Shown here piece by piece: positions 12,054 through 21,424 of a stretch of DNA of 27,831 bases; within the stretch, counting starts at the first letter, position 1; the number at the start of each line of letters is the position of its first letter. Location: positions 434,001 through 461,831 of the forward strand of contig JBODTK010000138.1 of the NCBI GenBank assembly GCA_050613775.1, given 5' to 3'. A program made the position numbers and the translations under genes. The stretch comes from Neocallimastix sp. 'constans' (taxonomy: Eukaryota). The notes below the pieces were generated by a model that made no database searches, was not told the origin of the DNA, and was given only the letters and a program-made list of their open reading frames with translations.

Positions 12054-13583
12054 AATATTTTATTTAATTCTTAAAGCTATTTTAATATGACTTTTAAAAG
12101 GATAAAATAAAATTAATATTAATTAACAAAAACTCTTTTTTTACTTAATTTATATCAATAAGTTTATATTACTAAAAGAATAAATAATTATTTTTATATG
12201 TTATGTTTTTATATTATTTCATAAAAAATTATTAATAAAATATAAATGATTTTAAAATTGTAAAAAAATTATTAATAAAATATAAATGATTTTAAAAATT
12301 GTAAATTGTCTAATTTATTAATAGATAGATAGATAGATAGATTTCTTTTCTACTTATTATATAAAAATTTTTTTAAATTATTATATTCAAAAATATACAA
12401 TTTTTGGACTATATTATAATTATAAATATTTTTCCCTTGTATTTATTTATTTAAAATTTAATCATATATTTAGTAAAAAAAATAATATTTATATATCAAA
12501 AATAGAAAAATACATATTAATATTATAATTATAAATTTTATTTTATTAAACGAGATTTTTTTTTATGGTATATAATAATTTCATTTTATTTCAAATTATA
12601 AAATTAATATTAATTATCGAAAAAATTTTTTTATTCAATTTATAAATATATTTATATTACTAAAAAAAATAATAATAATCATTATTTTTATATTCACTTC
12701 TTTATATTACATCATAAAAAAAATTTATTAATAAAATATAAATTATTTCAAAATTGTAAATTATCAAATTTATAAATATATACATAAATAGATATATTTC
12801 TTTTCTATATATTTATATAAAAACAAAAATAATCATTATTTTTATATCCACTTTTTTATATTACTTTATAAAAAAAATTTATTAATAAAATATAAATGAT
12901 TTTAAAAATTGTAAATTATCAATTTTATAAAAATATACATAGATAGATGTATGTTTTTGAAAATATAAATTTTAAAAAGCCTTTATATAAATAAGTAGAA
13001 AAAAAATAGATATATTTTTATTTTCAAAAACATACAATTTTTTGACAATAATTAATTATTTATTTTTTCTTTTTTCTTTTATTAATTTATATTTTAATTA
13101 TATATTTAGTAAATAAAAAATACTTTTGTGTCAAAAATCAATAAATCCTCATTAATATTTTAATAATAAATTTTATTTTATTAAATGTTTTTTTTTTTTT
13201 AAAGGTATATAATAATTCACATTTTATTTCAAATTATAATTTATTTTATATAATATATATTTCTAGGTATATTTTAATATTCTATATTTAATGGTATAAA
13301 TTCCATATATATTATTTTTAATAAATTATTTTAAAGAATACTTACAAAATGAATTACAATTCATTTTATAAGTATTATACATTCTTAAAATTAATAAATA
13401 TACAATTATGTATATTATTATATTATTGTTGTATATTTGTTTAATATTAAAAATATTATATTATTTTATATTGGTTTAATATTGAAAATAAACTTTAAAA
13501 TTTAAAATTTTTATTTTTCAAAATAATATAATAAATAATCAATTTAATAATTATTAAATATTTGATTAAATAGGTCATTTTAA

Positions 13584-14712
13584 TTAAAATAATAATGTTA
13601 AAACAGCAATTGCAACAGATAAAATAATACTAGAATGAATGGTAATAGCATTTGAAGTATTGTCACCTTCTTTATTAGTACTAACTGTGGATTTTGTTGA
13701 TGAATTAGTAATAGTACTAGTAGAATTAGTATTATTTGAAGTAGGTGTAGAATTATTTGTGTTAGTTTCACCAGCAGATTTATTTTTGTTATTTTCATCT
13801 GTGGTGTTAGATTCTCCATTATTTAAATTATTTTGATTTTCTTTATCATTAGAAATACTTTGATATGGTGAAACTCCAATACATTCAGAAAGTGGAACAA
13901 ATTCATATCCAAGACTTTGAACATATTCAATTACGGTTGGAAGAACAATATTAACTGTACTTGGATAAACATCATGCATTAAAGTAATAAAACTATGAGT
14001 TTTTGGTGAGACACTTGGATCCGCAAGTTGTTCATTCATAGTAGCAATTACACTATCTACATCTTCTTTATATTGCCAATCCATGGTATCTGTTCCCCAC
14101 ATAATGATATTGTATCCTCTTTCTCCCAAGTATTCTTGAATCATTTCAGACATTTCTCTCTTATGAGGATCACTTTCATTATATGCTCCATTTCCACAAG
14201 GAGGTCTGAAATAAGCAGGTTTTACACCAATGATTTCTTCAATTTTATCTGTCATATCATCAACATTTTCTTTCATTGATCCTTCCTCAATGGCTTCAAA
14301 TAAATCTTTATGATTATAAGTATGAGAACCGATATCATGACCAGCTGCATAAGTTTTCTTTACAGTTTCAATAGCAGTTGGATCATTTTCAAGATCACTC
14401 CAATTATGAGCATTAATAAAGAAAGTTCCCTTTATATTATATTTTTTTAAAACATCTAAAGCGATTGGCGTTGTTTCAGGATTTGGACCATCGTCAACTA
14501 TTAATTATAAAATAATAAGAAATTATTCGTTAATATAAATTATTAATATGAATTATTTATATAAATTATTTATATAATTACAAATCCTTACATGTTAAAA
14601 CAAATTGACCTGGCTTTAAACAATTTCTATAAATTTTAGCTTTATCTGCAATAACAGAATTAGCAAATAAAGCAGTAAGAGTTAAAAATTTTAAATTAAT
14701 TCTTGGAAACAT
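13584..14712 (-). CDS. CE4 chitin/polysaccharide deacetylase, copy 4, 344 aa
   Basis: Exons 14712-14592 and 14497-13584; 94-nt GT-AG intron 14591-14498. N-terminus MFPRINLKFLTLT; C-terminus as in copy 2. Confidence 0.95.
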
Positions 14713-15341
14713 TTTTTTTTTATTATATATACTATAATACAAATGGTTATATTATTTATACAAATTAAAATGAAGTTTTTTAAGTAATTTTTTCTTCCTT
14801 TTATATAAAATGTTTTAATAATTATAAATTACTTGAATTACTTTTAAAATTATTTATATTTGTTTCAAAAAAAATATGGTATTTTAAGCTAAAAATAGAT
14901 TTATTTATATTATAATAAATTATTTTTTAATAAGATTATTAACAAAATTAAATTAAGGAAATAACCATAAACTATAATTAATATTTTAAACTTATATATA
15001 TATTACACAAATCTTTTTTTAAATTTATATATTCAAAAAAATTTTTTAAATTGAATTGGTGTGACCTATAAATTTTATTATTTTTTAATATTATTAATAT
15101 CATTATTTTTTAACCAACAATTAATAAAGTATATCTAAAAATTAAAAGGACTTTTTCAATAAATAATTCTATTTTTATTTATATTTATTAAATTTTCATA
15201 TTTTATATAATTTAACTTTTATATATAAAAAATTACTTTATATAAATTTTTTTCATTAAAATATTTATTTTATATATAAATTAATTTTATTTATTTCCGA
15301 TTTATCCTAAATAATAATATTTTTTAAATATTAAATAAAAT

Positions 15342-15500
15342 TTTTACAAATTAAAACAAATTAACTAAATATTTTAAACAATTTCTAAAAATATAACTTT
15401 TTCTGCAATGACAAATAAAAAAATAAGAATTAAAAATATTAAAATAATTACTACAGAGAATATGGTAGAATAAACTAAAAATAGATTTATTGACATTAAT
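15342..15500 (-). pseudogene. Decayed CE4 exon-1 relic upstream of copy 4
   Basis: Reverse complement contains tttttaattcttatt...tttgtcattgcagaaaaag...tagaaattgtttaaaatatttagttaatttgttttaatttgtaaaaa, matching exon 1 with deletions. Confidence 0.7.
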
Positions 15501-16293
15501 ATAAACTATTTTTTTCAAGATTATACACAAAGTTATACGGAAGAAATAACCTTACACTATAATTATATTTTAAAATTTTAATATCTTAAATCATTTTTAA
15601 TATTACACAAATCTTTTTTTAAATTATTGTATATTCAAAAAAAATAATTTTTTTTTATTTTTCATATTTTTCTTTAATCTTTATATTTAAAATCGGTAAA
15701 AATTTTAAAATAAATTAGGATAATGTATAGATTTTTTTTATTATTATTTTTTTTAACCAACAATTAATATATCTATTAAAACTTTTAATTTTTGGATTTA
15801 ATATTCATCCACTAAATATTTAAATAATTTAAAATACATTTTAAATTTAATAATTTAATTTTATAAATGAGAAGCTTAATAATTAAAATAAATTTTAATT
15901 TTTTTATATTTCAAAGTAAACTAAACTAATCGTATTTTTATATTTTTTTAATGAAAAAAAAAAAAAAAAAAAAAAATAAGTTTATAATATAAATTTAAGT
16001 ATTAATATATAATCGATAAGCTTTCATTAGGTAATACAAGATTTATTATTCATATTATTTAAAAGATTATTGAAATATAAAAAAATAAAATTTACTTTGG
16101 AAATATAAAAAAATAAAATTTAAGTATTAATATATAATAGATAAATTTTCATTAGGTAATACAAGATTTATTATTATTAAAAGATGATTAAATAAATTCG
16201 CATTAAGAAAAAAAATAATTGTTACTTTAAAAAAAAAAATTTATATATTAAAAAGATTTATAATATTATTTAAAATATAGATTATATTACTAC

Positions 16294-16342
<49 letters not shown>

Positions 16343-16679
16343 AAAAAATTAATTAATTATATATCAATAATTATTAATTTAATTAATAATTCTTTTTAAT
16401 AATAACATTATATAATATAAATAAGTTGGAAATTTTATTGTTAATATAATCCATATATTTTTCTTATTTAGAAAATCATTATTGAGTAAAATAAAAATAT
16501 TAATTACAAAAATATTGTAAAAAAAGTTAATAGTAATATAAATTAAAGGATTATTAATTACAATATTTATACTAAAAATTCAAAATAAATTGTATTTATT
16601 AATTGAATTATATTCAAATAGGTTTAATGAATATTTTTATTATTATTAGTATTAGTATTGGAATTGGTATTAGTATTTA

Positions 16680-16755
16680 GTTAGAAAAAGACAATATAAA
16701 TTACATTTTATTAAAAAAAATTTGGAAAATGTAATTTATATTGTCTTTTTCTAAC
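16680..16755. repeat. Perfect 30-bp inverted repeat with 16-nt loop
   Basis: gttagaaaaagacaatataaattacatttt (16680-16709) / aaaatgtaatttatattgtctttttctaac (16726-16755). Confidence 0.97.
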
Positions 16756-17105
16756 CTTTATCACAATAGGCTTCGATAAAGCCACACAAACCATAACGAC
16801 TACCTTATATTAATACCACAAAAGCCACCACTATTACCTCTGTCATAATTACCTTGACATCCCTATCTATAATAATTATTTCCAGTATCACAATTCACCA
16901 TTCTGTTCATTTGGACAAATAACATAATTCATCATTGGATCACATCTATTTCCTCATTTCCAATAATCATCTTGACATCCAATATCACAAAATTTGTTTC
17001 CATTACTACAATAGCTATCTTGATTATAGCTATCTTGATTATAGCATTCTTCTTCATTTAGGCCATCTGCCTATAACTTTACAACAACGACCACCAAATT
17101 TTATT
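16751..17105 (-). pseudogene. Decayed chitin-binding protein with ~3 CBM18/hevein-like repeats
   Basis: Manual minus-strand translation across frameshifts and stops: KFGGRCCK.. / NEEECYNQDSYNQDSYCSNGNKFCDIGCQDDYWK*GNRCDPMMNYVICPNEQ / CDTGNNYYR*GCQGNYDRGNSGGFCGINI / SRYGLCGFIEAYCDKG*. This matches the CBM18 pattern CCS-x-YG-x-CG-x4-YC-x2-GCQ-x2-[FY]G-x-C. Includes an in-frame 15-nt duplication (atagctatcttgatt x2, 17011-17040). Confidence 0.75.
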
Positions 17106-17170
17106 ATCTATATTTGATTTTTATGGTTGCTTTTACATTTTTTCATACTTTTATTAAAAAAATATATATA

Positions 17171-17252
17171 TATTTATTATTAATTATTTATTATTAATTA
17201 TTTATTATTAATTATTTATTATTAATTATTTATTATTAATTATTTATTATTT
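17171..17252 (+). repeat. 14-bp tandem repeat (ttattattaattat), ~6 copies
   Basis: Direct reading. Confidence 0.85.
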
Positions 17253-17383
17253 AGTATTATTAATATATTTTTTATTATTTTTTTTTTTTTTATTATTTAT
17301 TATTTATTATTATAATCATCCTATAAATTTATATAGTACGCATTATTACAACTTTTTATTCTTTACTTCAGTTACTATATTGT

Positions 17384-17462
17384 TAGTGATAAAATGTATG
17401 TTGATATAAATGAAAAATGATAGAACTAACAATCATTTGTATAAACATACATTTTATCACTA
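17384..17462. repeat. 30-bp inverted repeat (28/30) with 19-nt loop
   Basis: tagtgataaaatgtatgttgatataaatga (17384-17413) / tcatttgtataaacatacattttatcacta (17433-17462). Confidence 0.92.
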
Positions 17463-17648
17463 TTTATGTTTAACAGTGTAAATATCTCTATACTAATATA
17501 TATATAATATATAATAAAAATCATAAAAATTTTAAATTATATATCATTATTTTTTTTTTTTTTTTTTTTTTTTTTAGATTTAATAATAGTTTTTATCCAA
17601 TTAAATTCTTATTTAATATAAATTATTCCAATAATCATAATAAATAAC

Positions 17649-17734
17649 TTATAATGTATTCTAAAAAATTTAAATACAATTAATTTTATTATAATGTATT
17701 CTAAAAAATTTAAATACAATTAATTTTATTATAA
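17649..17734 (+). repeat. 40-bp tandem duplication upstream of the GNAT gene
   Basis: ataatgtattctaaaaaatttaaatacaattaattttatt at 17651 and 17691. Confidence 0.95.
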
Positions 17735-17782
17735 AGTAAAATAAAAATAAAATAAAGATAGTATAAAATAAATAAAAAGAAA

Positions 17783-18418
17783 ATGGCAAATGATGATTTA
17801 AATATTATACCTTATGAAGGATTAAAGGAATTAAATAATGCACAAAAAGAATCCATCATTCATTCCATTCAAAAGTTAGAAAAAAAGATATTTCCAAAAA
17901 ATGAGCAAATGGAAATTTTAAACGAAATAAAAAAGAGAACAAATACTTTAATATTAGCATTATCCAAAAACTCAGCCCCTCAAAAAAAGTCAAACTCACT
18001 TATTTTTCAAAAAAGTAATATTAATGGAGAAAAAAATAAATTGAAAAATAAAAAGAAAAGTAAAACAAATTTAAAGAATTCCAAAATGAATGAATTAATA
18101 ACCGAAAAATCATCACATACATCAGAAAATTATATTGTAAATGGATATTTAATATATTCTAAAAAAGATTCAATTATAAAATTTGCAGTTGACCCATCCA
18201 AAAGAAATAGTGGAATAGGTTGGAAATTGCTTTCCTATTCGATGCAACGAATGACAAATCAAACACCGAAAGATCATAAGATTAATTTAGCTGTTGATGT
18301 TAGTCGATTACCAGCTCAACATTTATATACAAAATCTGGTTTCAAAATTAAAGAACAAATTAATGATTATTATGAGCCTGGTAGACATGCTTATATCATG
18401 GAATACGTCGTTTCCTAA
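17783..18418 (+). CDS. GNAT-family (RimI-like) N-acetyltransferase, 211 aa
   Basis: Acetyl-CoA-binding motif A FAVDPSKRNSGIGWKLL; motif B LAVDVSRLPAQHLYTKSGF; C-terminal DYYEPGRHAYIM as in RimI/Ard1-like enzymes; N-terminal LEKKIFP. Single uninterrupted ORF. Confidence 0.9.
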   Translation: MANDDLNIIPYEGLKELNNAQKESIIHSIQKLEKKIFPKNEQMEILNEIKKRTNTLILALSKNSAPQKKSNSLIFQKSNINGEKNKLKNKKKSKTNLKNSKMNELITEKSSHTSENYIVNGYLIYSKKDSIIKFAVDPSKRNSGIGWKLLSYSMQRMTNQTPKDHKINLAVDVSRLPAQHLYTKSGFKIKEQINDYYEPGRHAYIMEYVVS

Positions 18419-19572
18419 TTTATAAAAATATTATTTATATCTTTAATTTATTTTTTTACATTAATTAAAAATTTTTATTATATATATACTACAAAAAATT
18501 ATTTTTTTTTCTTTTTTTGTTTAATTATAGTAAGAATAATTAAAAAAAAATTAATTATCAATAATTATCCAAAAAATGGAAATATACCATAGATTTAGAT
18601 TATTTATTTTTTTAATAAATATTTATTGATTAAATATATACCCACATTAAAATAATATTTTGATTATAGCATTTTTTATTATTATTTAAAATAATAATCT
18701 TTCTTTAAAACAAAGATAAATAATTTCATTCTTCATAATATCTATTTATAACTTGGAATATAATACATAAATAAAAAATATTAAATATAAATTAATGTCC
18801 TTATAGCAATTATATTTTAAACAATTATGTTTCATTTATTAAAAATTATTATTTATTATTTATTAATTATTATATATTTATTATTATTTGTATTCATTAT
18901 TATAATATATTTATTATTATTATTATTATTACTTAATAATTAATAATTAAATATTATGATTTTTATTTTAAACATTAACTTAGAACAATAAAATGCTAGT
19001 AACTCTTTATTACTCCTACCAATTATTATTATTATTATTATTATAATTATTATTAGTTTATAATTATTTTTTATTATTTATTAGTATTTATTATTTATTG
19101 TTATAAAGAATCATCAAATTAAAAAAAGAATAAATACTATATATATATATATATATATATATTTTATTTAAATATTTTTTTCCAATAATGATTTGACGAA
19201 ACTTAAGATATGAAATTATAAATAATATTTCTTTTTTTTTATAGCGGCAATTTTTGCGAACTTTAGCCTTTATTGATTTATAAATAATAAGAAGTATAAA
19301 TTTACTCACTAAATGGACTTTTTAAGCTAAACTATTTTTTTTGCTCTGTTGAAACACTTTGTTACCATCAAAAAAAAAAAATTTTTTTTTTCTTTCCTTT
19401 AAAAGATTAATAGTTTTTTAGGTTCCTTAATATAATATAACTAGTCTATTAAAAATATCCAAAGATAAAATTTTATATACAAATATATAAATATTTAATA
19501 ATTTTAATAATATTCGATAAATAAGAAAAAGAAAAACAGCAAAACTCTATATAGAATGACTTTTGTAATAAC

Positions 19573-19603
<31 letters not shown>

Positions 19604-21424
19604 AAATTATTATAAATAATGAAGTAAAAATCATATAAAAGTAAATTTTTTCGGGAGTGAAGAATTTTGTAACGTTGCCTTTCAGAATGTGGCTTTAAAT
19701 GAAATGAGACATAATTTGATAGACAATTTATACTTTGATAGACAATGTATGTAAGAGTGGCGTAAATTATATATGATAAATAAATAATATTAAAAATAAA
19801 GTATATTTAATTTTTTATCATTTATTTAATTTAATTTTTTATAATATAATATTTATTTTATTCAATTTTTTATTATTCATTTTATTTATTTTTATTTATT
19901 TTATTCAATTCTTTTTTAATATTATAGTAATAAATAATAAATGTTTTTTGTGAAACTTTTTTTTGTTGTATAAAAAAAAATAAGTTTACCTATTTACAAT
20001 TTACACTTTTTCTATTTTTATTTATTTATTTACAATTATTTAAAAAATGTGGGGCGTTAAATTACAAATTAAATTTTAATATATAAGCCACGTTCTAAAA
20101 TGCAACATAAATTCATCTATGTCCTAATCCTTACCAAATATATTTAATTTAATTTAGCAATTAATTGATCAAAAAAAAAAAAAAAATAATTAATTAATTA
20201 ATTATATTAAAAATCTCTTTTTTTTTTTTTTATTATTTAATTTTTTTTTATATTTACGAGGTACAGATTTAAATATTAAAAAAAAAAAAAAAAAAAGCAT
20301 TTTTATATTCTTGTATTTGATGGCAATTAAAACTTTAAAAATTTCATTCTTCTATTTAAAATATTGTTGGTTGGTTACACATAAAAAAAAAAAAAAAAAA
20401 AAATTGTTTAATCCTTTTTTTTTTCGTTTTTTTCTCTCTTTCTTTATTACTATTTTTAGTATATTTTATATTTTTATACAGAATTTTAAAATATTTGATA
20501 TAAAAAGAAAAAGAATTTTACTTTTTTTTTCTTTCACTTTTACTTCACGTTTTGAAATAAAGAAAAAAAATTGTAAATATATAAGATAACATAAAATTAA
20601 AATTAATTATAATATATTATAAATATAATTAAATATAATAATGTTAAAATTAAGAGAGAAAATAAAATAGTTTAAAAAAAAAAAAAATAAAGATCAATAT
20701 ATTATTAAAATAATTTAATAGTAATTTATATATATTTTAGCTGATGTATATTAAACTTAATCAGCCAATCTAATTTTAAATATATATAAATTAAGAATAA
20801 TAATAATTATAATAAATAATAAAATGATATTATCTATAATATATAATATATAATAAAATTTTTTATATATAAATATCTTTAATAAATATATAAAATATAT
20901 AAAATATGTACAATATATAAAATATATAAATAATTATGATTATTTATTTGCTGAATTTTCTTCAATTGATTATAAAGTTAATTTTTTTTTTTGTTTTAAT
21001 AAAAAAAAAAAAAAATTGGTAAAAATATTTATTTTTTTTTTTTACTAAAAAAAGACGGTACTAATATAAAAATATATATAAATTGATATTTCTTTTGTAT
21101 TTTCTATAATAATAAATTTATTAAAATATAATTAATTAAAAGTTTTTTAAAAAAAAAAGCTAAAATAAATTAATAATAATAATAATAAATAAAGAATAAA
21201 AATTATAAAGAATAAAAATTTAATTGAAGTTTTAAAATTTAAAATAAAAAATAGATATTATAATAATTAAAAAAAAAAATAAAATAAATTAAATTAAAAT
21301 ATTTTTTGTAAAAGTGAATATTTATTTTTATTTTTAATATGTTTGTATATTTATGTATATATATTTATAAAACCATACATCTAACATTTTAAATATATAT
21401 TTTTAGTAAAAGGTGTAAATCAAA

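Larger units (their letters stand above)
1..15150. repeat. Segmental duplication: a tail-to-tail CE4 gene pair with its spacer, present twice (~1-6900 and ~9424-15150)
   Basis: Position 1 (ttttagtttaaaataccatattttttt) recurs at ~9424. Spacer 1375-5094 is collinear with 10837-13583 apart from repeat expansions and local rearrangements. Boundaries are approximate and the left edge may lie outside the window. Confidence 0.9.

Noticed and set aside
679..14279. Short 65-83 aa ORFs overlapping each CE4 copy (antisense or alternative frame)
   Set aside because: Shadow ORFs of the CE4 coding sequence; they recur only because the gene is duplicated and show no recognisable motifs.
16935..17117. 60-aa plus-strand ORF
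   Set aside because: Non-ATG start and antisense to the CBM18-like relic, which explains the composition better.
19091..19309. 72-aa minus-strand ORF
   Set aside because: Non-ATG start, runs through (AT)n and homopolymers, and has the I/K/Y/F bias of AT-rich non-coding DNA.
20311..20589. 92-aa ORF with poly-Lys and Phe runs
   Set aside because: Translation of poly(A)/poly(T) tracts with a TTG start; no coding signal.
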